Source of the DNA: Candidatus Velthaea sp.
GTDB taxonomy: Bacteria; Vulcanimicrobiota; Vulcanimicrobiia; Vulcanimicrobiales; Vulcanimicrobiaceae
Reading direction: 5' to 3'
DNA length: 36,759 nucleotides
NCBI GenBank assembly: GCA_965214935.1
Contig: CBDCCS010000024.1
Span: forward strand, 1-36,759
This document shows positions 10,266 to 18,248 of this stretch, one piece after another (position 1 is the first letter of the stretch; each line of letters opens with the position of its first letter). A program made the translations under genes and the position numbers. A model generated the notes under the pieces. The model was not told the DNA's origin, did no database searches, and saw nothing but the letters and a program-made list of their open reading frames with translations.

Positions 10266-11021
10266 CGCTGCCCGCGACCTCGTCGCGAATCTTATCGTAG
10301 CCTTCGCGCTCGATGAGGTTGGCCAGCTCCGGTCCGCCCGTCTTCACGATGCGGCCATCCATCATGATGTGCACGACGTCGGCGGGAATATAACCGAGAA
10401 TGCGCGGGTAGTGCGTGATGATCAAGAACGCCGTATTCGCGCCGGCTTCCGTTGCGCGTAGCGCATTGACCGAACGGCCGACCGATTGCAGAGCATCGAC
10501 GTCGAGACCCGAGTCCGTTTCATCGAGTACCGCATATTTCGGTCGCAGCATCGCGAGTTGCAGCATCTCCAGGCGCTTTTTCTCTCCGCCCGAAAAACCG
10601 TCATTAACGTAGCGCGACAAGAACGCGGGGTCCATGTCGAGCACGTCGAGTTGCTCGAAGATCATCTGGCGAAATTTCGCGGGCGGCAAATCGTCGGGCT
10701 TGACGGCCATGCGGGCCGTACGAATGAAATTCGCGACGGAAACGCCCGGAATCGCGGCGGGATATTGGAATGACAGAAACAGCCCCGCCTTGGCGCGCTT
10801 GTCGGGCGCCAGACCGATGAGCTCCTCACCGTCCAAGCGCACCGAGCCGCCGAGCACGTGATAATTTGGGTGCCCGCTCATCGTGAACGCCAATGTCGAT
10901 TTGCCGCTGCCGTTGGGGCCCATGAGGGCGTGCACTTTTCCCGGCGCGACGTGAGATCGATCCCCTTGAGGATCTCTTTCTCCTCGACGGCGACCCGCAG
11001 ATCGCGAATTTCTAAAGACAT
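10258..11021 (-). CDS. sufC: Fe-S cluster assembly ATPase SufC with single-base frameshift near 10950
   Basis: MSLEIRDLRVAVEEKEILKGIDLT (ATG 11021) continues in another frame as VAPGKVHALMGPNGSGKST...GFSGGEKKR...LDETDSGLDVDAL. Confidence 0.92.
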
Positions 11022-11083
11022 GCAGCTCCTGATGATGACGCGCGGGTCGCCCGGGACGGTCCGCGAGCGACGTAACGACCATG

Positions 11084-11150
11084 ATGGTATCCTTTCGCCC
11101 ACTAGAAAGTCAAGGAAAGTCTGGACTTTCTTCGTCAGGGGTGATACGCT
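11084..11150. promoter_or_regulatory. Divergent sigma70-like promoters with a palindromic operator candidate
   Basis: Minus strand TTGACT(11113-11108)-18bp-TACCAT(11089-11084); plus strand TGGACT(11122-11127)-17bp-TACGCT(11145-11150) preceded by TGn; inverted repeat GAAAGTC-TG-GACTTTC at 11115-11130 and a third GAAAGTC at 11105-11111. Confidence 0.6.
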
Positions 11151-11160
11151 GCTCGCACGT

Positions 11161-11835
11161 ATGCACGCCGACCGTTTCTTCGATACTGCCCGCGGAAAGA
11201 TCGTGGCTGCGCTGCGCGCGCGGCCCGGCGCTTCGGCGTTCGATCTGGCGCGTCAGTTCGGTTTGTCGGCGAACGCGATCCGGCAGCAGTTTATTCTGCT
11301 TGAACGCGATGGGCTCGTCGCTGGGGCAAGCGTGCGGCGCGGTAAAACCAAGCCGACCGTTGAGTACCGGTTGACCCCCGCAGCGGAGAAGTATTTTCCA
11401 CAACATTACGATCGAATGCTCAATGCCGTGCTGCGTGAAGTTCGCGCGACCGGCGGCGACACGGCGGTGCAAGCGATCTTTACCTCGATGGGCCGGCGTC
11501 AAGCCGCCCGACTAAACACGCGCATCGGCGAACGGCCGGTCGCCGACCGGGTTGCCGCGTTGACGACGATGCTGCGCGACTCCGGTGTGGCCGCCGAGTC
11601 TGAGGAAACTGCCGGCGGCTTTCTGATCCGCGAACACAACTGCCCATATGCCAAGAGCGTCGGCGAGCATCCCGAAATTTGCAGCGTTATTCACTCGGTG
11701 ATGCAAGAGGTCGTCGCGCCGCACGTCACGCAGACCGATTCGCTCGCAACCGGGGGTGCGGAATGCCGGTTCGAGATCACGACGAGCGATGACCGGGCTG
11801 ATGCGCCGGCCGGCCCCTTACAGGAGAGTGTCTAA
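11161..11835 (+). CDS. sufR: SufR-like helix-turn-helix transcriptional regulator
   Basis: N-terminal HTH (DLARQFGLSANAIRQQ...LERDGLV), FPQHY, C-terminal EHNCPY...C...C metal-binding pattern; divergent from the suf operon. Confidence 0.8.
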   Translation: MHADRFFDTARGKIVAALRARPGASAFDLARQFGLSANAIRQQFILLERDGLVAGASVRRGKTKPTVEYRLTPAAEKYFPQHYDRMLNAVLREVRATGGDTAVQAIFTSMGRRQAARLNTRIGERPVADRVAALTTMLRDSGVAAESEETAGGFLIREHNCPYAKSVGEHPEICSVIHSVMQEVVAPHVTQTDSLATGGAECRFEITTSDDRADAPAGPLQESV

Positions 11836-12369
11836 GTGGATTTCGCGAAGTTTCAGAAGTTGGTTGAGAAGCGGACCGGGTTCCGCACGATGGACGACGC
11901 GATGGCCAGCGGCGAATACTTTAGTGATTCGTGCGGCGACATGTATACCTATTACCTCAAGGTCGGACCGGGCGAACGGATCGAAGATATCTCCTATTTC
12001 ACCACCGGCTGCGGCTTCGGCACGGCAACCTGTTCGCTATTAGTCGAACTGGCGCACGGCAAAACGCTCGATGAAGCGCTGGCGATCAGTGACGAAGACA
12101 TCATGAGCGCGCTGGGCGGTTATCCGGAGAAAAAGAAAGATTACCCGGAGCGCTCGCGCACCGCATTGCGCACGGCGATCGAAGATTATCGGACCAAGCG
12201 CGCCGCCGGCAAGATCACCGACGACATGCTGGAAAAGGCCCGCGCCGTCGCTGCCGCCGCCGCGCTGGCGGAATTGCCCGGAACGGGCAAGACGTCGCAA
12301 GACGAAGCGCAGGACGCCGGCCCCAAGGTTGTCAACAACGGCGGCTTGGTGACGATCAAACTGCATTGA
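11836..12369 (+). CDS. IscU/NifU_N-like scaffold protein, atypical
   Basis: SCGDM, TGCGFG and GKTLDEAL motifs; GTG start abuts the sufR stop with AGGAG RBS; third canonical Cys absent. Confidence 0.8.
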   Translation: MDFAKFQKLVEKRTGFRTMDDAMASGEYFSDSCGDMYTYYLKVGPGERIEDISYFTTGCGFGTATCSLLVELAHGKTLDEALAISDEDIMSALGGYPEKKKDYPERSRTALRTAIEDYRTKRAAGKITDDMLEKARAVAAAAALAELPGTGKTSQDEAQDAGPKVVNNGGLVTIKLH

Positions 12370-12376
12370 TCGCGCG

Positions 12377-12976
12377 CTACGGCGTGGCTACACCTTCGAC
12401 TTCAATACTGATGTCGGCGGTGTAGCCGACAACGAGCGCGCCGGTGGCGTTTGTCGCGGTATTCGAAAGCCCGAAGTCGCGCCGGTCGATGGTCGCCGTC
12501 GCACTGTAGGCAACGCGCTTTTCGCCGCGTCCGCCGGTGCCTTTTCCTTCGAGTTGCCCCTGCAGCGTAACGGGTTTCGAAATGCCGTGCAGCGTAAGGT
12601 TTCCGGCAATCATAAACTTCGCGGCATCTGTGCCCGATATTTGCGTCGAGGCGAATGTCCCCGTTGGATACGTCTCCACGTTAAACCAGTCCGCCGACCG
12701 CAAATCCTTATTGCGGTCATCGTTTTTCGTGTCGATGGTGCTTACATCGAGCGTTGCGTTGACGCTTGTCGGAATATCTCTACCGGCCGCCAGCACGATC
12801 GTTCCGCCCTTGACGGGAATCGTGCCCTTGACCGATGACAGCGCAAAGTGCTTGATTGCAAATTCGGCGCTCGAATGCGCGGGATCGATTTTCCATATTC
12901 CGTCAGCGGCAGATAACGGGTGCGCAAGCAACATCGTACACAGGGCGGTGGCAACGGCAAATCGGCGCGGCAGCAT
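12377..12976 (-). CDS. YceI-family periplasmic protein
   Basis: Signal peptide, WKIDPAHS, IDTKNDDRNKDLRSADWF, GNLTLHGISKPV, IDRRDFG. Confidence 0.92.
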   Translation of the reverse strand: MLPRRFAVATALCTMLLAHPLSAADGIWKIDPAHSSAEFAIKHFALSSVKGTIPVKGGTIVLAAGRDIPTSVNATLDVSTIDTKNDDRNKDLRSADWFNVETYPTGTFASTQISGTDAAKFMIAGNLTLHGISKPVTLQGQLEGKGTGGRGEKRVAYSATATIDRRDFGLSNTATNATGALVVGYTADISIEVEGVATP

Positions 12977-13086
12977 GGTGTTCCTAAAATGGGCGATGGC
13001 GTAGCGTCTGGTACGATCCAACATTTACGCCGGCCTGCTCTACCGAGACGCCGGTGCAAGCGCCGCGACGCCGTTCGTCGTCGTTA

Positions 13087-13745
13087 TTACAAACGCCCGA
13101 TCCGGCCGATGCCGTTGACGCTGCTATGGACGTCCGTCGGCTTACCGGTATACCGAATTTCGCCGACGCCGTTGACGTTCATCGTGAGCTCACCATGCGC
13201 TCGAACATGAATCGATCCGACGCCGTTGTTGTCGACGGTCACGTCGCCCGCGTCGACTGCGGTCGTGTCGATCCGGCCGGTTCCGTTGAGCGAGATCGTT
13301 GCGTTGGCTGCGCGGCCCGATACCACGATCGAAGCGGCGCCTGAGTTTGCGATCGCGATGTCGCCGCCGGTCAGCCCATCGATGACAATCGATCCGGCGC
13401 CGTTGTTTTCGAAGCCGCGCAGCACGGCAACATCGATGGTCAGTTTTGGTGACCGGTCCAGCATCGAATTACCCGAACGCATGCCGACGACGAGCGTGCC
13501 GTCACGCACTTCGCTTGTCACTCGATTCAAGACGTCGGGCGCCGCCGACAGCACGAGCCGAGCCGGATGTTTCCCGGCCGTAATTTGGGTGGTGAACGCG
13601 CCTTCCAACCGGATTTGTCAAAGCCGCTGACGGAGCGCGTTTGGGCGACGTCGTCCGCTGCGCGAGCCGGTAACACCCCGACGGCAGTCACCAGGCCGAC
13701 AGCGACACTCAAAGCGAAATGGCAGAAGCGGCGGCGGTCGTTCAT
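13087..13745 (-). CDS. Secreted GIN-domain (DUF2807-like) beta-repeat protein with frameshift near 13614
   Basis: Signal peptide and TRSVSGFDK in one frame, IRLEGAFT... in another; repeats NGAGSI/NGTGRI/NGVGSI/NGVGEIRYTGKP. Confidence 0.8.
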
Positions 13746-13777
13746 GCCTCCGTTACGGTGGCGGCGGTGCGGATGTT

Positions 13778-14431
13778 TCAGGCCGGCCCGCGGTTGGCGG
13801 TTAGGTACGGATTGGTCCGGCGCTCGGTGCCGATCGTGGTCGGCGGCCCGTGGCCCGGGATGACGATGGTTGCGTCGTCGTACGCGAACAGCTTTTCGTT
13901 AATTGAAGCGACGATGTCGGCCAATGACGTGCCACCTAAATCCCAGCGCCCGACCGCGCCGCGAAACAGCGTGTCGCCGGTCAACAATAGCGTTTTCGCG
14001 GCGCCTTCAACGGCGAACGACGTGCTGCCGGGCGTATGTCCGGGTGTATGCAGTGCGCGCAGCGTTACGTCGCCGACGCAAATGGCATCGCCGTCGTGCA
14101 GATCCGCGTCGATACGAACGACCGGCGGCGTTTGCGCGAGGCCCAGCCAGGCCGCCTGCAACGCCAGCGTAGCGTAGAGCGGTCCGTCCGCGGGGTGCAG
14201 CAACGCGCTTCCGCCGCAGGTGTCGCGCAATTCGCCCAGCGCACCGATATGGTCGATATGAGCGTGCGTATGGAGCAAGTACTTGGCCTGCAACCCAAGT
14301 TGCGCGAGTCGCGCCGCGATGGCCGGAACGTCGTCGCCGCCGTCGATAACGATTGCGTCACCCGTCGCAGCATCACCGACGATGGTACACGTGCACTCGA
14401 GCATACCGACCGCGAAATGCTCGACGATCAC
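13778..14431 (-). CDS. MBL-fold metallo-hydrolase (glyoxalase II-like)
   Basis: THAHIDH, HTPGHTPGS, TGDTLF, PGHG motifs. Confidence 0.92.
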   Translation of the reverse strand: MIVEHFAVGMLECTCTIVGDAATGDAIVIDGGDDVPAIAARLAQLGLQAKYLLHTHAHIDHIGALGELRDTCGGSALLHPADGPLYATLALQAAWLGLAQTPPVVRIDADLHDGDAICVGDVTLRALHTPGHTPGSTSFAVEGAAKTLLLTGDTLFRGAVGRWDLGGTSLADIVASINEKLFAYDDATIVIPGHGPPTTIGTERRTNPYLTANRGPA

Positions 14432-14907
14432 GATGCGCCGAAGTTGCGGTAGCCGCGGTCGTAATAGCCCAACGGGTCACCGCTGCGGTCGCCCGCTTCG
14501 ATGACCGTGCCCAGAAAGATCGTGTGCGTTCCCGACGTCAGCTCTTCGCTCATGAGGCAATCCACGTACGCTAACGTGCCGGCCAACACCGGCGAGCCGC
14601 TGGGGCCGAATTGATACACGACTCCATCGAAACGTGTTTGCGGTTCGCCGCCGGCGAACTGCTCCGCCAGTGCTTTCTGCTCGGCGGCCAAAATGTTGAC
14701 GCAAAAGCGCGCTGACGCGGAAATAAGCGGATGCGCGTGCGCGTTTCGGTTGACGCAAATGAGTACCGTCGGCGGATCGGCGGTGACACTTGCGAACGCG
14801 TTCGCGGTGAAGCCGTGAATGTGACCGTTCAGCGTGGTCGTGACCACCGCCACGCCGGTGGCGAAGCGGCGCATCGCCGCTCGGAAGGCGTCACTCGATA
14901 CGGGCAC
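14428..14907 (-). CDS. Flavin reductase family protein
   Basis: FRAAMRRFATGVAVVT, DPPTVLIC, GTHTIFLG; start may be GTG 14907 or ATG 14922. Confidence 0.9.
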   Translation of the reverse strand: MPVSSDAFRAAMRRFATGVAVVTTTLNGHIHGFTANAFASVTADPPTVLICVNRNAHAHPLISASARFCVNILAAEQKALAEQFAGGEPQTRFDGVVYQFGPSGSPVLAGTLAYVDCLMSEELTSGTHTIFLGTVIEAGDRSGDPLGYYDRGYRNFGAS

Positions 14908-15541
14908 CGATACCAACTCCATCTCCGACGGGAACGATCGTCGCGTCGAGTTGCGGATGCGTGAGAAAGACGCGATTGAAATCGCGGATCGCACGCAGTT
15001 CGGTGCTATCGCGCGATGTCGGCTCGGCGCCCGCTTCGCCGCCCCAGAGCAAATTGTCGACGATGACGAGCCCCGAACGTTTGAGCATCGGGATCGCCAG
15101 CTCGAGGTACGCGGTGTACTCGGTCTTGTCGGCGTCGAGGAAGACAATATCGAGGTTTCGCTGCGACCACATCTCTAAGACTTCGAGCGCCGGTTGATTG
15201 ATGATGTCGACTTTCTCCGCAACGCCGGCCCGGGTCAGATACGACCGTGCGATTTCGGTGCGCTCGGCGTCGGGATCGATGCTCCAGATATGACCCGCGG
15301 GTGGTAGCGCCAGCGCCATCCAAAGTGTCGAATAGCCGTAAGCGGTCCCAATCTCGAGGATCCGGTTGGCCATCATTGCATGCACGAGCGTCGAGAGAAG
15401 CCGGCCCGACGCGCGGTCGATGCTTGGAATGCCGTCGTAGGCGGATTGCTGTTCGAGTTCGAGTAAAAGCGGCGACGGTTCGCGATGGAGCCGGTTCAAA
15501 TAAGACAGGTCGCGCACGAATCTTGTTTGCCGCTCGGGCAA
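14891..15541 (-). CDS. Class I SAM-dependent O-methyltransferase (caffeoyl-CoA/COMT-like)
   Basis: ILEIGTAYGYST, VFLDADK, GLVIVDN, PVGDG motifs. Confidence 0.9.
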   Translation of the reverse strand: MPERQTRFVRDLSYLNRLHREPSPLLLELEQQSAYDGIPSIDRASGRLLSTLVHAMMANRILEIGTAYGYSTLWMALALPPAGHIWSIDPDAERTEIARSYLTRAGVAEKVDIINQPALEVLEMWSQRNLDIVFLDADKTEYTAYLELAIPMLKRSGLVIVDNLLWGGEAGAEPTSRDSTELRAIRDFNRVFLTHPQLDATIVPVGDGVGIGARIE

Positions 15542-15702
15542 AGCGGGAACCTGCCCAGCACGGCCGCCCGCTTGACGCAGCGTATCGGTCCGGCTCTATG
15601 CTGCGGCGGGCTTCCTCCGGCAAGGCCAGCCGGGGCTGCTTTCCGCGTCGTCGAAGAGTCAGCTGCGCGCGTAGGCCGCGTTCATCACCGTTGGAGGTTC
15701 TC

Positions 15703-16323
15703 GTGACCACCCTCACTCAGCAATCGTATACCGCCAAAAAATTCGATCTTGCCGGTTTGCAAGGCATCTCCGATAACACGCTGCAAGTGCACTTCGGTTT
15801 GTACGAAGGCTACGTCAAAAATACGAATTTACTCAACGAACAAATCGCCGAGCAGATCACCGCGGGTACGGCCGCCGGCGCGAACCCGCACTTCGCCGAA
15901 TTGACCCGGCGCCTCGGATTCGAATATAACGGCATGCGGCTGCATGAATATTATTTCGCTAATATGACCAAGAGCCCGGGCGCAACGCCGGCCAGTGCCG
16001 TCAATGACGCGTTCGCCGGCACGTTCGGCGACTTTGAGACGTGGAAGAAAGACTTCACGGCGACCGGAGCGATGCGCGGCGTCGGCTGGGCGATCGCATA
16101 TCAGGACCCGTGGACCGGCCGAATCTCGAATCACTGGGTAACGCTGCATGAGGACGGCAACGTTGCCGGCTTCAACCCGATCCTCGTGATGGATGCCTGG
16201 GAGCACGCGTTCCTGCTCGACTATAAACCGGCGGAACGCTCGAAGTACATCGAAGCGTTTTTCGCCAATATCGATTGGAACGTCGTCGCAGCGCGTCTTA
16301 CGGCGCCGGTCGCGGGGACCTGA
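15703..16323 (+). CDS. Fe/Mn superoxide dismutase family protein
   Basis: GTG start after GGAGG; metal ligands in VHFGLYEGYV, RLHEYYF and MDAWEHAF. Confidence 0.9.
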   Translation: MTTLTQQSYTAKKFDLAGLQGISDNTLQVHFGLYEGYVKNTNLLNEQIAEQITAGTAAGANPHFAELTRRLGFEYNGMRLHEYYFANMTKSPGATPASAVNDAFAGTFGDFETWKKDFTATGAMRGVGWAIAYQDPWTGRISNHWVTLHEDGNVAGFNPILVMDAWEHAFLLDYKPAERSKYIEAFFANIDWNVVAARLTAPVAGT

Positions 16324-16336
16324 GGACCGCGCTGGC

Positions 16337-17053
16337 ATGGCGGTAAAGAAGCGCTTGCGGTTATTTCCCCTGAATACCGTGCTGTTTCCGGGGGCGATTC
16401 TCAATCTGCACGTTTTCGAGCCGCGTTATCGCCAGATGATCTCCGAGTGCCTCGACGCAAACGAGGCATTCGGCGTCGTCCTCATTCGCGAGGGCCAAGA
16501 CGGCGATGCCGACGTGATGCCGCACGACATCGGCACCACGGCCGAAATCTGCGACGTCACGCCGCTGCCGGCGGGCCGCTACTATATTAGTACGACGGGC
16601 CGGCGCCGGTTTAAGATCCGGGATGTCGTCAGCCGCGAACCGTACTTGCTCGTGGAGGTCGATTTTCTTGAAGAAGAGCTCGACGACCGCAGCGCGATCA
16701 GTGAATTATCCGACGAGGTGCGGGACGAATTTCGCGAGTACGTCCGGCTGCTCGTCGAGTTTTCCGGAACGAGCGCCGACTACGATGTGCCGGCCGACCC
16801 CGTCGACGCTTCGTTTTTGATCGGTGACGCCTTACAAGTCGCCGATACGATGAAGCAACGGCTGCTCGAACTGTCCAACACGCAGCAGCGGCTCACCGTG
16901 GAATTAGGATTTTTACGCCGGTTACTGCCCCAATTGCGGACGTTGCTGGAACGCAAAGCCGAGCAGCCGCAGGTTGCGCGGGACGACGCGCCGGGCGGTA
17001 CCTTTCGCACCCACCAAGAACAATTTTTCGGCAAGCATTTCAGTTTGAATTAG
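16337..17053 (+). CDS. LON peptidase substrate-binding (LON-N) domain protein
   Basis: LFPLNTVLFPG...LHVFEPRYRQM; KQRLLE...RL motif; no ATPase or protease domain. Confidence 0.9.
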   Translation: MAVKKRLRLFPLNTVLFPGAILNLHVFEPRYRQMISECLDANEAFGVVLIREGQDGDADVMPHDIGTTAEICDVTPLPAGRYYISTTGRRRFKIRDVVSREPYLLVEVDFLEEELDDRSAISELSDEVRDEFREYVRLLVEFSGTSADYDVPADPVDASFLIGDALQVADTMKQRLLELSNTQQRLTVELGFLRRLLPQLRTLLERKAEQPQVARDDAPGGTFRTHQEQFFGKHFSLN

Positions 17054-17913
17054 CGGTCCGCGCCGCTTTGGCGCTCGGCCGCCGCAACGACGTTGCGCAT
17101 CAAAGCGACGTTCGTCACCGGCCCAACTCCGCCCGGAACCGGCGTAAGGGCACCCGCAACGGCGGCAACTTCGGTGAACGCGACGTCGCCCACAAGCCGG
17201 CCTTCGATAAAGGTTGTGCCCACATCGATGACCGTCGCGCCGGGCCGCACCATATCGGCGCGAATGAGCCCGGGAACCCCGGTCGCAACGACGAGCACGT
17301 CCGCATCGCGCGTATGATGGGCGAGGTCGAGCGTGTAGCGGTGGGTTGAAGTGACCGTCGCATCCTGGCCCATGAGCAGGAGCGTCACCGGCAAGCCGAC
17401 GACGTTCGAGCGTCCCACCATACAGGCGCGCACGCCACGCAGTTCGCGGTGCGGGCTACGTTCGAGCAAGAGCATGACGGCCGCCGGCGTCGCCGGCACA
17501 AATTCGGTACCGCTGCCGAACGCTAACCGGCCTTGATTGGCCGGATTCGCACCATCAACGTCTTTATGCGGGGGCATGGCGCCGGCGATGCGCCGGATCG
17601 CCAGGTGCGCGGGCAAGGGTTGCTGCAAAATGATGCCATGAACGTCGTCGGCGGCGCCAAGCTCGTGCAAGCGCCGGCATACCGCGGCCTCATCCGTTTC
17701 AGGCGCCAACGTGTCGACGACGACGTCAATGCCGATCGCCGTGCCGATCTTGCGCAGGCTGGCCACGTAAGCGAACGAGGCGGCATCTTCGCCGATGATG
17801 AGCACGACCAGCCGGGGTACACAACCGCGCGCGCGCAGTCGTGCCGCTCGCGTACGGAGATCGGCGCGCAACTCGTTCGCGAGCGCACGTCCGTCCAGTA
17901 TCAGCGCTGCCAT
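17050..17913 (-). CDS. folD: Bifunctional methylenetetrahydrofolate dehydrogenase/cyclohydrolase
   Basis: ILDGRALA, HGIILQQPLP, KDVDG, GRSNVVG, VIDVG, TPVPGGVGPVT. Confidence 0.95.
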   Translation of the reverse strand: MAALILDGRALANELRADLRTRAARLRARGCVPRLVVLIIGEDAASFAYVASLRKIGTAIGIDVVVDTLAPETDEAAVCRRLHELGAADDVHGIILQQPLPAHLAIRRIAGAMPPHKDVDGANPANQGRLAFGSGTEFVPATPAAVMLLLERSPHRELRGVRACMVGRSNVVGLPVTLLLMGQDATVTSTHRYTLDLAHHTRDADVLVVATGVPGLIRADMVRPGATVIDVGTTFIEGRLVGDVAFTEVAAVAGALTPVPGGVGPVTNVALMRNVVAAAERQSGADR

Positions 17914-17947
17914 CGGCCGCTGCGTTCGGTCGGTTAAGCGAGCACCC

Positions 17948-18235
17948 CTGGAACGCGTTTGCCGGCACGCTCGGCTCGCACCCGGCTTCGATGCGGCTGC
18001 TTTTGCCGATGCCTTCGCGGGATTCGCGCGACTGTACCACGTTCGCCCGGATCGCATCGTGTGCGCGCCCGATGTCTTGCAGCGCTACGCGGCCGTGTTT
18101 ACCGGCAGCGCCGACCACGCGTTATACGGCCGTGCGCTGCTGTTCGAGGGCGTCCCGCTCGCAAGCGCGGTCGTACCGCCCGGCACGATCGTCTTCGAAG
18201 GTCAGGTCGATGAGCAACGCATGGGCGACTGGTGA
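17948..18235 (+). CDS. Small hypothetical protein (start uncertain)
   Basis: Fills the folD-S46 gap; protein-like sequence FDAAAFADAFAGFARLY...GTIVFEGQVDEQRMGDW; no clear canonical start outside folD. Confidence 0.55.
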   Translation: MERVCRHARLAPGFDAAAFADAFAGFARLYHVRPDRIVCAPDVLQRYAAVFTGSADHALYGRALLFEGVPLASAVVPPGTIVFEGQVDEQRMGDW

Positions 18236-18248
18236 TCGGGCGGTCGAA

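Noticed and set aside
15610..15700. yybP-ykoY manganese riboswitch upstream of SOD
   Set aside because: Only loose fragments (GGCAAGGCC, UCGUCGAAGA) in the wrong order, and no GGGGAGUAGC.
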